From Candidatus Woesearchaeota archaeon (lineage in GTDB: Archaea > Nanobdellota > Nanobdellia > Woesearchaeales > UBA9642), in contig JBBAAQ010000001.1 of the NCBI GenBank assembly GCA_041658255.1, positions 100,368 to 164,367 on the forward strand: a stretch of 64,000 nt of DNA. The letters run 5' to 3'. Shown here one piece after another: positions 41,702 through 51,142 of the stretch. The notes beneath the pieces are model-generated. The model saw only the letters and a list, made by a program, of their open reading frames with translations. It did no database searches and was not told the origin of the DNA. Within the stretch, counting starts at the first letter, position 1. Each line of letters opens with the position of its first letter. The position numbers were made by a program, and so were the translations under genes.

Positions 41702-42693
41702 AACACACCATATCAATAACTGTTATTTTGCTTTCATTTTTTGTCCTCGCACAAGTATTCGGACTCTTCCTTATTATGAAGGATGCGCAGGTGAATACTG
41801 CGATTGAAGGGAATACGACAATTATTACTGTTGCGCATGATGATACTGCAGTCGGTGCCCGTCCTGATACCACGGGCGCAGAAAGTTTAATCTATGTAGT
41901 CATCGGAGTGATTATCGGGACATTACTCGTATTACTCCTCGCGAGATTTGGAAAAACAGGTCTTTGGAAGATATGGTATTTTATTGCTGTCTGGATTGCA
42001 AGTGCGATTGCCCTTGGTGTACTCATCAAATATAACTTATTTTTTTCATATGGCCTCGCGATTGGACTTGCACTCGCATTGACTATCTGGAAGGTGTTTT
42101 GGCCGAATGTATTTATCCATAATATTACTGAAGTCTTAGTCTATTCAGGAATCGCATTACTCATTGTTCCACTCTTCACAGTGTTGTGGGCGATCATCTT
42201 ATTACTCATTATCTCACTCTATGATATGTATGCAGTCTGGAAATCAAAACACATGATTACCATGGCAAAATTTCAGACAAAATCTAATGTGTTTGCAGGA
42301 CTGATGATTCCTTATAGGAGAAAATCAGAATCAAAAAATACATCTTCATCAAAAATGAGGGATAGTAAAACCACTGCATCTTCATCAGGATTGAAATCCA
42401 TGAAATTGCCGCACCTTGCAAAGAGTGCAAAAGAATCAACTCTACAAATGGCAATCCTCGGTGGTGGAGATATTGCGTTCCCACTTATTTTTACTGGTGC
42501 GGTGTTTGAAGGCATGCTGCGATTAGGACTCACAAAACCTACAGCATTTATGCATTCATCAATCATTATTCTGACAACAACGATTGCACTCGGACTATTA
42601 TTCTTCTATGCAAAGAAAGGAAAATTCTATCCCGCAATGCCATTTGTCAGTGCAGGATGCTTGATCGGATGGGCGATAACGCTGCTGCTGTAA
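41698..42693 (+). CDS. presenilin-like intramembrane aspartyl protease
   Basis: SLYDMYAVW, LGGGD, YPAMPF. Confidence 0.9.
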   Translation: MKHTISITVILLSFFVLAQVFGLFLIMKDAQVNTAIEGNTTIITVAHDDTAVGARPDTTGAESLIYVVIGVIIGTLLVLLLARFGKTGLWKIWYFIAVWIASAIALGVLIKYNLFFSYGLAIGLALALTIWKVFWPNVFIHNITEVLVYSGIALLIVPLFTVLWAIILLLIISLYDMYAVWKSKHMITMAKFQTKSNVFAGLMIPYRRKSESKNTSSSKMRDSKTTASSSGLKSMKLPHLAKSAKESTLQMAILGGGDIAFPLIFTGAVFEGMLRLGLTKPTAFMHSSIIILTTTIALGLLFFYAKKGKFYPAMPFVSAGCLIGWAITLLL

Positions 42694-42734
42694 AAAGCGG
42701 TAACATTTATTAAGAATGCGTTCTTTTTTATATC

Positions 42735-43355
42735 ATGAGTACAGATAAATTAATTATCAACTATCTTAAAAATAATTGCCTCTACGAAATGAGTAAAGAG
42801 CAACAATTAATCTCGATTGTTAATCTTATTGCAAAAATTCCTTGGGGCGAGGCAAGAACTCCTGAAACAGTTTTGCAGAAGGGAAAAGGGACATGTCAGG
42901 GAAAACATCTTTTATTGCAAGCATGTCTTGATGAATTACGCATTAAATATAAGCCGGTTGTTTGCACGTTCTATTATAGTGAACAAGGATTAAAATTACC
43001 ACCAAATTTGATTAAGATTATTAAAGAGGGCGAATGGATTCATGGACATAACTTCTTAAAAATCCAAAATTTCGAAGGCAAATTTGTCGACATCGATATT
43101 ACGTGGAACAGAGAATTAAAACCGTATGGTTTTCTTTGTTCTCCGGTGAATTGGGACGGTAAGAAACCGATTATTGGAATGAAAAAAATAGTAAAAAGAT
43201 GGGATGGCATTAATGTTGAAAAAATCAAATCCGAAATTATTAATTCTTTAAATCCAGAACTCAAAGAGCGAAGACACCGATTCGTAAAAGAACTGGTGGC
43301 GTGGGTTGAAGGGATTAATAAGGAATTGATTAAATCGTCAAAACTTTCTTCTTAG
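42735..43355 (+). CDS. transglutaminase-like cysteine protease
   Basis: GTCQGKH, HNF, DITW triad spacing. Confidence 0.7.
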   Translation: MSTDKLIINYLKNNCLYEMSKEQQLISIVNLIAKIPWGEARTPETVLQKGKGTCQGKHLLLQACLDELRIKYKPVVCTFYYSEQGLKLPPNLIKIIKEGEWIHGHNFLKIQNFEGKFVDIDITWNRELKPYGFLCSPVNWDGKKPIIGMKKIVKRWDGINVEKIKSEIINSLNPELKERRHRFVKELVAWVEGINKELIKSSKLSS

Positions 43356-44724
43356 CTTTCTTCCCCTTCTTCATCAACGACAATCCAATAAAACTTGCAA
43401 GTGATACGACACATGCAGGGAGAAAGGACATTTTTCCGAGGAACGGGTAGGATACAACAAGTACGATAAATCCTGAAAGTATTGACCAGAATGCTCCACG
43501 TTCTGTTGATTTCTTCCAGAAGAATCCTCCGATGACTGTTGGCGCAAGGATGAGTACTCCGCCATTTGCTGCGACTGCAAGTTCAACAAAATTTGGGAAA
43601 ATATACGCAAGTGCAATTCCGCTGATTCCGACGCAGAATGTGATGATGCGTCCGACCTTAAGATAATGTTTTTCTGACGCATGTTTTTTTATGGATCCCA
43701 TGTAGAAGTCTTTGATGAATATTGCACTGATGACCATAATTACTGTGTTGAGTGTTGAAAGGATTGTTGCGATGAGTCCTGCGACTGCAAGACCAATAAG
43801 TCCAGTGGGTAGATAATTTTTTATGACGAGGAGTAATGCGCTGTCTGGATTTATTCCTGGCAGCTGTATTCTTCCGATGAGTCCGATAATTACTGCAAGG
43901 ACGATGAATGGGATGGTGATGAGCGCAGAATAGAGTAATGTACGTTTCACTGTCTTCAAATCTGCACTTGCATAGATGCGTTGCCAGATTTCCATATACA
44001 TTAAAAATACTGGGGCGCCGAAGAGTATGACGAGCCAGAAGAATGACGGGCCAGCAAAATTATAGATGTTAAGATATCCTGCAGGAAGTTTACTCATGAT
44101 TGCGCCGATTCCCCCACTCTTGATGATCATCCAGGGAAGTAGGATTATTGCAAGGGTGATGAACATGACGATGAAATGGACGATGTCCGTATAGAAATCG
44201 CTTTTGATACCTGCGATTGCAGTATAAATCACTACCCCGATGAGTGCGAAGATAAGTGAGATAAAAAGTCCTTGTCCTCCGAACACTTGAAATAATTGTG
44301 ATAGTCCGAGGAGTAATCCTGCAAAGAAGAGGAGGTATGCGACGATGATGACAATGCCGGCGATGACGCGTACACGATTCGAATAGCGCTGCGCAAAAAA
44401 ATCACCCATGGTATGCGCCTTATAGGTATCTCCGAATGTCTTGATCTTTTTTGCAAAGAAATAGACAACCACATATCCTGCAAGGATGACGAATAATCCT
44501 GAAACCGCAAATGATATCCCTGAACTGTACGATGCAGATGCAGTACTCAGGACTGTACTCATCCCAATCATGGTTGAAGCCATGGTAAAGACGAGAAAGA
44601 ATGTCTTGAACTTACGTCCTGCAACGAGATAATTTTCGAGATTAGATTTTGTTCCGATCCAAATCGCAAAGATGAATAATCCGATGAGATATGCAAAGAT
44701 AATAATAAGATCGAGTGGTTGCAT
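43330..44724 (-). CDS. sodium:solute symporter family protein
   Basis: YLVAGR, TMGDFFAQRY, YTAIAG..SDFYTD, WQRIYAS, ATILST; multiple TM. Confidence 0.9.
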   Translation of the reverse strand: MQPLDLIIIFAYLIGLFIFAIWIGTKSNLENYLVAGRKFKTFFLVFTMASTMIGMSTVLSTASASYSSGISFAVSGLFVILAGYVVVYFFAKKIKTFGDTYKAHTMGDFFAQRYSNRVRVIAGIVIIVAYLLFFAGLLLGLSQLFQVFGGQGLFISLIFALIGVVIYTAIAGIKSDFYTDIVHFIVMFITLAIILLPWMIIKSGGIGAIMSKLPAGYLNIYNFAGPSFFWLVILFGAPVFLMYMEIWQRIYASADLKTVKRTLLYSALITIPFIVLAVIIGLIGRIQLPGINPDSALLLVIKNYLPTGLIGLAVAGLIATILSTLNTVIMVISAIFIKDFYMGSIKKHASEKHYLKVGRIITFCVGISGIALAYIFPNFVELAVAANGGVLILAPTVIGGFFWKKSTERGAFWSILSGFIVLVVSYPFLGKMSFLPACVVSLASFIGLSLMKKGKKAKKKVLTI

Positions 44725-44935
44725 CGGAGTATGTTTATAATTATTGGTGTTTATAAAATTTTTTAATTCGAGAGTGTATATATCACTCCCACTGGACATA
44801 CACGCGTAACCTATTTTAATGAGTTCTTTTTTCTCGGATAAATAGATGTCATAAGATGGGTTATCGTATCAAAAAGCCGCAATATTTAAATACTCATAAC
44901 ACGAATATAGCCAAATATCCAATTTTGGTGATAAT

Positions 44936-45436
44936 GTGAAAGGTCTTTCAAAAAAGGAAGTTGAAATTATTGCGCATCTCGAATTTGAGCAAACGTATTT
45001 CTTTACACGAGAGACCATCAAACAATTCTTCGAAACGCCACAGCACATTTCTGACTTCATATTTGGGCTGAGAACAAAAGGTCGGGTTATCAAGATAAAC
45101 CGCGAAAAATATTATCTTATACCAATAAAATCGCGTAGTGGAGGATGGTCAGAACATCCTTTTATTCTTGCAGATGAGATATGTGATGGCAAAGATTATG
45201 TTATCGGCGGATGGGCGGCAGCAAAATATTGGAAACTTACAGAACAAATACCTGCGCAGATAGATGTATATACTACAAAGAGACAAGGCACTTATAATAT
45301 AATGAATATGCGGTTTGTGTTTCACCGGACAACTGTTCGAAAAATACGTAGTGGAGTCAAGAAAGCGATAGAACAACATCCCTTCGCAATTATTTCAAAA
45401 GACGAGGCTAAACAATGGTACAGACAGAGAAAGTAG
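44936..45436 (+). CDS. AbiEi-like type IV antitoxin
   Basis: wHTH N-terminus, IGGWAAAKYWKLTEQIP..IDVYT; overlaps the AbiEii-like gene. Confidence 0.75.
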   Translation: MKGLSKKEVEIIAHLEFEQTYFFTRETIKQFFETPQHISDFIFGLRTKGRVIKINREKYYLIPIKSRSGGWSEHPFILADEICDGKDYVIGGWAAAKYWKLTEQIPAQIDVYTTKRQGTYNIMNMRFVFHRTTVRKIRSGVKKAIEQHPFAIISKDEAKQWYRQRK

Positions 45437-45692
45437 ACAAACAATTTATTGCAGACTTAGTCGGAAAAACTTCATTTAACGAGACGCTTCTCGCTAAGGA
45501 TTATTATATCACAAGAATACTCTATCTTTTAAAAGATATAAAGGGAATATATTTCAAAGGCGGAACAGCGCTTCAGAAAATATTTCTCAACCATTCACGA
45601 ATAAGTGAGGACATAGACTTTACACTAAAAAAATCAGTCTCAGAAATTAGGAAGGAGATAACGCAGATAATACATTCATCAAAATTATTTGG
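45415..45692 (+). pseudogene. AbiEii-like nucleotidyltransferase toxin, truncated
   Basis: KDYY, YFKGGTAL, RISEDIDF; homology ends near 45690 where the IS remnant begins. Confidence 0.8.
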
Positions 45693-46301
45693 GACGAATC
45701 CGTTTAATCCCTTGTATTGCGGCATTTCTGATTTCGGGGTCCGCACTTACCGGACATATTTTTGGATAGTGTGGTCCGTGAGTAAGAAGATATTTACTGT
45801 TTTTCTTCATATTCCGACCAATCGACATGCCACATATAATTGCTAATTGGCCACTGATAACGAACATATGTGCGTTGTCTCCTGCGATTAACACAGGGTT
45901 CAGTCAATCCTTCCGTATCAAGAATTTTTTGTATTTGACGTTGAGAAGCAGTAAAACCAGCTCTTTTCAAAACATAATGTAATTTTTCTGCACCATAATC
46001 ATCACGACGTCGAATATCAACAACCCTCTTAACAAACGATTTGTTTAATGGCAAAGGAGGTCTACCGACCTTCTTTACCACATAAGCTAAGATGCCTTTT
46101 CGTTTAAATTTATCAGCCAAATAGTAAACCATTTGTCGACTTACTTTTTGAACACGTGCAATGCTTGTTGCACTCTTATTTGCACGAAACTGTTGAATAG
46201 TCCACTTACGCTTCTTTTCGGTCAATTTTTCCATAAAGTATCACCGAAAAGAAGAAAAACATCAAAAAGTTAAAAGTGTAAAGTAATTACGTACTTGAAC
46301 A
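45690..46301 (-). mobile_element. IS481-like insertion sequence remnant
   Basis: ORF 45794-46234 with HTH, GRP, YGAEKL and WHVDW (first DDE Asp), then truncated; candidate left end TGTTCAAGTACGTAATTACTTTACA at 46301-46277. Confidence 0.75.
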
Positions 46302-46356
46302 AGACTGCAAGCATATAATAATATTTATAAAGTATCAATTCTAATTATGTTAATAG

Positions 46357-47376
46357 TTGAGTATATTATTGCAAATGAAAAAAAACAAGCTATTATTCGC
46401 TGCGGAACAATTATTGAGTATTAATTTACACGTAAAAAGAACCGATATACTTTTGCTTATTTATGATTCACAAACGAAAAACTTCTTTACCTACATAAAA
46501 AAAATTCTTGCTGAAAAAAAAATAGTGTATTATGAACACGTACTTGACATGTATTCAAGACCTGCAATCATGACTCCCGCAATGGCAAATAAACTAAAAA
46601 TATGTACGATTACAATCTATGGCTGTAAATGGGTTTTTGGCGAACATGAATCGTTTGCGTCACCATTATTACGTTTAGTAAAAAAATATCAGATTACACA
46701 CGTACATATGCCGGGATTAAATGATGCAATTATTAGATCAGGATTATCTGTAGATTACACAAAAGTTGCACAGTTTACCCGTAAGATCCATCAAAAGATG
46801 TTGCATAAAAAAAGCATGGTAATACAGAGTGCTGCAGGAACAAATTTAACCATTTTATTCAACCCCAACTATACGTTTGTTGCTGATGATGGAATCTTTC
46901 ATAAGGGCGGCTTAGGAAATCTTCCAGCAGGAGAAGTATTTACTTGCCCGCAACAGGTTAACGGCGTATTATGTGTTGATGGCGTTATAGGCAATCTTGT
47001 ACACCTCGACCAAAAATCACTACAAGCAACTCCGCTCAAAATAGTTATAAAGAATTCTCGGATCGTCGCTATATCCTCAAAAAATAAGAAACTCGTTACT
47101 GCATTTAAAAAAACGGTGTATAGTTGCAATAATGGAGATCGAGTAGGGGAAGTTGCTATTGGTACAAACATCTACATCCCGCAATTATTGTATGAACCAT
47201 TACACGATGAAAAATTTCCTTCATTTCATATGGCGTTTGGCGATCCAATCAGTACATTAACGAAAGCTACATGGAAAAGCAAGATACACGTCGATTGCAT
47301 TATTCTTAAGCCAACCATCATTCTTGATTTAGAACTAGTTATGGATAATGGAATATTTCAACATACTCATAATTGA
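46357..47376 (+). CDS. M29 (thermophilic metalloprotease) family aminopeptidase
   Basis: HMPG, GTNLT, GNLPAGEVF, VGEVAIGTN, HDEK..FHMAFG, HVD. Confidence 0.88.
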   Translation: MSILLQMKKNKLLFAAEQLLSINLHVKRTDILLLIYDSQTKNFFTYIKKILAEKKIVYYEHVLDMYSRPAIMTPAMANKLKICTITIYGCKWVFGEHESFASPLLRLVKKYQITHVHMPGLNDAIIRSGLSVDYTKVAQFTRKIHQKMLHKKSMVIQSAAGTNLTILFNPNYTFVADDGIFHKGGLGNLPAGEVFTCPQQVNGVLCVDGVIGNLVHLDQKSLQATPLKIVIKNSRIVAISSKNKKLVTAFKKTVYSCNNGDRVGEVAIGTNIYIPQLLYEPLHDEKFPSFHMAFGDPISTLTKATWKSKIHVDCIILKPTIILDLELVMDNGIFQHTHN

Positions 47377-48314
47377 ACAATAACATCAGAATTTTTTATA
47401 TACTTACGATATGGAGTACTATTAGTATAAATGCCTTTTTTTGTAGTGAACTGTTTTTTTACATTAAAAGAATCAGTCGTGGTTATACGAATAAATGACG
47501 AGCGGAGTAAAATATCTTTTTCATATGTGTTGAATTCGTCATATAAAAAATCAATATAGCATCCGCATCGAATAATGATTTTTTGTATTTCATAAAGCAA
47601 GTATTTTGTAGTATGTTTACAATAATCCACTTCTAGAAAATTAGGCATGCTCAAGTAAATATGACGACCGGGTTTTTTCTTCAGCAGACGCAATGATTGA
47701 TAAAGGAATAATTTTAATCCTTCAAGGCTATAGGGTGGATCAATAATAACGACGTCAAATGTATTAGTATGCATAGACATGTCTAATCTAAAATCAGCAA
47801 AAACAGTACGAACAGCAGGCATGGCACTGCGTATTTTATTAAGAACGCGTTTATCAATATCAAAAACAGTAATATTATTCATCTTGAATTTATGAAGCCA
47901 GAATGAATTAAAATCAGAATCTCCTAATATTGCAACGGCATTCTTTTGGTCATATTGTTCTTGAGCAATAATTCTCGTTCGTGCAAAAGCTGTCGCCTTT
48001 GTTGCACGAGTTTGATCAATACATTCATTATCAGAAGGTAGATCTTTATAAAAGGATTGTATTGTAACAGAATCGATGACCGCATACGGTTTTTTTGAAT
48101 GAGCAGAATTTTTCGATAACAAATACTTATTGAGTAGTTGTTCTGATTTTTTTGTGATTTGTAAACCGGATTTATTTTTTCGGAGGTAACCTTTTAGCAA
48201 TAGTGTATTTTGTAATTCTTTACTTGTAATACTAGTATTAGAAGTTTTTGCAGAGCAAACTGTATCTAATACATGGATAAGATCACGAATATCGATATAT
48301 GATTGATGCTTCAT
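47367..48314 (-). CDS. BpsA/DUF43-like aminopropyltransferase or SAM-dependent transferase
   Basis: DQTRAT..TAFAR, ILGDSD, VFDIDKRVL, FDVVIIDPPYSLEGLKLFL mirror branched-chain polyamine synthase motifs. Confidence 0.75.
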   Translation of the reverse strand: MKHQSYIDIRDLIHVLDTVCSAKTSNTSITSKELQNTLLLKGYLRKNKSGLQITKKSEQLLNKYLLSKNSAHSKKPYAVIDSVTIQSFYKDLPSDNECIDQTRATKATAFARTRIIAQEQYDQKNAVAILGDSDFNSFWLHKFKMNNITVFDIDKRVLNKIRSAMPAVRTVFADFRLDMSMHTNTFDVVIIDPPYSLEGLKLFLYQSLRLLKKKPGRHIYLSMPNFLEVDYCKHTTKYLLYEIQKIIIRCGCYIDFLYDEFNTYEKDILLRSSFIRITTTDSFNVKKQFTTKKGIYTNSTPYRKYIKNSDVIVQL

Positions 48315-49555
48315 AGTGTGCTACCTGTCATAAGCATAGTAATACTATTTTTTTGATCAGTAACAAAAGGCGTCAACATGTAATCAAGGGCGTTGAAAAG
48401 AGTTGTTTTATAAGAGTTATCCCAATTATTCGAATGTGCAAGTACCCTGAGTTGTTTTGAAATATTAAAAATTTCGTCGACAGCCTTATCTAATCGATAG
48501 TGATTCATTGCGTTATCGTACTGCACAACATGTGTAACATATTCTTCTTTAGAAAGTTTAACAACAGGTTGGGCGAAATATTTTTTTAACGGAGCAAATT
48601 TATTATGCACAAGTCGTTTGAATGCAACATACTCATCTTCAGTAAATGTTGAATTATTAAAAGGATTTTTTTTGTAAAATAAGTAGAGACGTAAATAATC
48701 TGCTGAGTCTGTTTTTAGTATGCTGTCAAAAGTAGTATTGAATTTAGTCTGAAAATAGCCGTGAAATAATATGTCTTTAGGTAACGGCTGGTCTAATGCC
48801 TCTAATAATCCAGGATAATTAATGAGATGTGGTAGTAATGTCGTTGGACCGCACACATGAATGTTGGTGGTTTTGTCATTGGCAAAGTGCAAATCGGTTG
48901 GTTGAATATATCCGATTAATGCATCAAACCACGAATATAATCGCGATCCGTCACAAAGTATTCCTTGCACATTTGAATTGCGGGTAATACAAAAGTCCTT
49001 TAAACCTTCCCGGATACTATTACGTAACTCGATCTTACGACTTTCAGGAAATACGTGTATGACGTTTAGCGCAGTTATGATTGCATCAGAATATTTAGTA
49101 GTATCAAAAAAGACTGCGGTTTCGGAATGAGTTATAGTTTCAACAGGGTTCTTTTTACGTATTCGTTGACTAATAAATGAACCAGTTAATGGATCATAAT
49201 CCCCGCGATACTCTCCAACATATAAATCGTGGTGTTCTTTTAAGAGCATATACGCATCTTTTACCGCAGCAATATGTTCTGAAGAATATGTTTTAACAGT
49301 GATAGTATTATGAGGTGCTAACACATCAAGTAGTGATTGCATTTTATTTCGATATTCAAAAAGATGCTCTTCCACAGCACCATCGCGCGGGATAGCGCAC
49401 GTATTTTCGTCCAGTCCATAAATATACTTGCACAGATGTTGATTATTTATAAAATATTTCTTGATAATATCGCTCATCACCATTTCATAGATGATCCCAA
49501 TATGTATCGGGCTTCCTGATTCTACAAAATCGGAGAAAATAGCATAATTAGCCAT
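48311..49555 (-). CDS. degenerate methionyl-tRNA synthetase paralogue
   Basis: HIGI (HIGH-like), GLDEN, LYVGEYRGDY, DFCITR, YSWFDALIGY, HGYF, ADYLRLYL; KMSKS absent; start overlaps the rSAM stop. Confidence 0.8.
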   Translation of the reverse strand: MANYAIFSDFVESGSPIHIGIIYEMVMSDIIKKYFINNQHLCKYIYGLDENTCAIPRDGAVEEHLFEYRNKMQSLLDVLAPHNTITVKTYSSEHIAAVKDAYMLLKEHHDLYVGEYRGDYDPLTGSFISQRIRKKNPVETITHSETAVFFDTTKYSDAIITALNVIHVFPESRKIELRNSIREGLKDFCITRNSNVQGILCDGSRLYSWFDALIGYIQPTDLHFANDKTTNIHVCGPTTLLPHLINYPGLLEALDQPLPKDILFHGYFQTKFNTTFDSILKTDSADYLRLYLFYKKNPFNNSTFTEDEYVAFKRLVHNKFAPLKKYFAQPVVKLSKEEYVTHVVQYDNAMNHYRLDKAVDEIFNISKQLRVLAHSNNWDNSYKTTLFNALDYMLTPFVTDQKNSITMLMTGSTL

Positions 49556-50792
49556 TGACCTTACCTTCAGAATACCAATATTTGATGAGTTCTTCAAGTA
49601 AATGGAAGTATAATTCACAAGAATAAGGTGTTTTACAACGTGAGGGTTCGCTAGCAGGCATATTTAATGCGCGATCTAAGCAACCACCCCCGCAGGCAAC
49701 TTTTATACTACAAGAATTACAATGTAATAATTTATTATACAACGTATGAATATGTGCTATTTTCGATGCAGAAAGTTGTAACTTATTCTTTTTTTGATCA
49801 AACATTCCAACGATAAATGTGCTACTTAATGGATGATTTGCATATGAGCATTCAAAACATTTTGATACGCTTCCATCGGGATTTATAACAAAAAAATCAT
49901 CCTTAAAAATTGGGCAAGTAATAGGAGTCTCTAATAAAAAATGGGTGTAAACAAGATTAAACACAGTCATTCCGCGCGTTTTACCATATTTAATCATTTT
50001 TACAAATGTTTTTGAAAATTCTTTAGGATTGCAGACAAATGAATTATTTTTTCCCCGCCCCGCAGCTAATATCGGTTCTGCATGTAAGAATCGCACACCG
50101 AATTTAGCATAATAATCGATAATTTTTTTGTATTCTTTTAACATCGGTGCAGTCATGGTTATCCTGACTTTAAAGAATGCGTTATTTTTGACAAGATACG
50201 CTGCGGTTTTTTCTACATTGCTAACACTAGATGATCCATTAACAAATGGCCGGTTTTTCGATTGATATAAACCATCCCAACTAAAATTAATGATGAATTT
50301 ATTTGCAATGATAAAATCTGCAAATTTTTGCGAAAAAACCCCGTTGGTTGATATTGAAAAAGAGAACTCTTTATCGCTAAATTGTTTGCAATATTCTACT
50401 ATAGATTTTATTGTAGGATAACATAGAGATGGTTCCCCTCCAAAGAAATTTAGAACATATTTTTTCTTATTTAATGCAATTCTATCTGACAAAATTGCAA
50501 TAATTGTTTCTTTAGTTAATATTGTTTTCTCGCTATTTGCATCAATAAAGCAATATACGCACTTCAAATTACATGCTTTTGTCAGGGTGAATGCAATATA
50601 GGAAGTATCCGCATCAGCTAAATGTGTTAATGGATTTTGGAGCGAATTATGTTTTAATAAATTTTTTAATTCTCCTGCAATATGCTCTTTAGTTTGAGTA
50701 GCGTCAAATTCAACTATCTCTTTAGTAGACCCTAAATATACTAAATACTTATTTCGATATTTAACTAAAGGTAATCCTAGTATCGAATCCAT
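49548..50792 (-). CDS. radical SAM/SPASM peptide maturase
   Basis: CNLKCVYC, FFGGEP, STNG, SWDG; SPASM-type C..PDGSVSKC..CNSC.....CGGGC..C; GAGGGGG RBS before ATG 50792. Confidence 0.92.
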   Translation of the reverse strand: MDSILGLPLVKYRNKYLVYLGSTKEIVEFDATQTKEHIAGELKNLLKHNSLQNPLTHLADADTSYIAFTLTKACNLKCVYCFIDANSEKTILTKETIIAILSDRIALNKKKYVLNFFGGEPSLCYPTIKSIVEYCKQFSDKEFSFSISTNGVFSQKFADFIIANKFIINFSWDGLYQSKNRPFVNGSSSVSNVEKTAAYLVKNNAFFKVRITMTAPMLKEYKKIIDYYAKFGVRFLHAEPILAAGRGKNNSFVCNPKEFSKTFVKMIKYGKTRGMTVFNLVYTHFLLETPITCPIFKDDFFVINPDGSVSKCFECSYANHPLSSTFIVGMFDQKKNKLQLSASKIAHIHTLYNKLLHCNSCSIKVACGGGCLDRALNMPASEPSRCKTPYSCELYFHLLEELIKYWYSEGKVNG

Positions 50793-50827
50793 AACCCCCT
50801 CACAATAATAAAAAAGAAATAATAAAT

Positions 50828-50914
50828 TTACGAACACATATTAGACAAATTAGCAAATTTCTCTAATTCTTCTTGTTTTCCTAACACGTTATTGGATAGT
50901 TTTACAACTTTCAT
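50828..50914 (-). CDS. putative RiPP precursor peptide MKVVKLSNNVLGKQEELEKFANLSNMCS (28 aa)
   Basis: manual translation; GAGGGG RBS 7 nt upstream; ends 35 nt before the rSAM start; below the ORF-track cutoff. Confidence 0.75.
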   Translation of the reverse strand: MKVVKLSNNVLGKQEELEKFANLSNMCS

Positions 50915-50970
50915 GTTTTCGCCCCTCGATTAATGAAATTATAATCGATAATAATAGTGTAGTTCTGTTA

Positions 50971-50986
50971 TTTATATACCTTTCGC
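50971..50986 (-). promoter_or_regulatory. archaeal BRE-TATA promoter of the peptide/rSAM operon
   Basis: minus strand reads GCGAAAGG-TATATAAA about 57 nt upstream of the peptide ATG. Confidence 0.6.
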
Positions 50987-51142
50987 TTTTTAACACGTAT
51001 ACCCCGTAAATTTTCCGGTTCTAATTCACAATATTAAAATACTTCTTCTGCTTTAGGATAGTAAGATTGTGCATACTATTTAAGTGCGCTCCGAATCGTA
51101 TACACGCGAGACGATTATTATGCTCGGAATTATTCTCTCCTC

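Noticed and set aside
50793-50837. N-terminal extension of the rSAM ORF from GTG 50837
   Set aside because: It overlaps the peptide ORF; a strong RBS precedes ATG 50792
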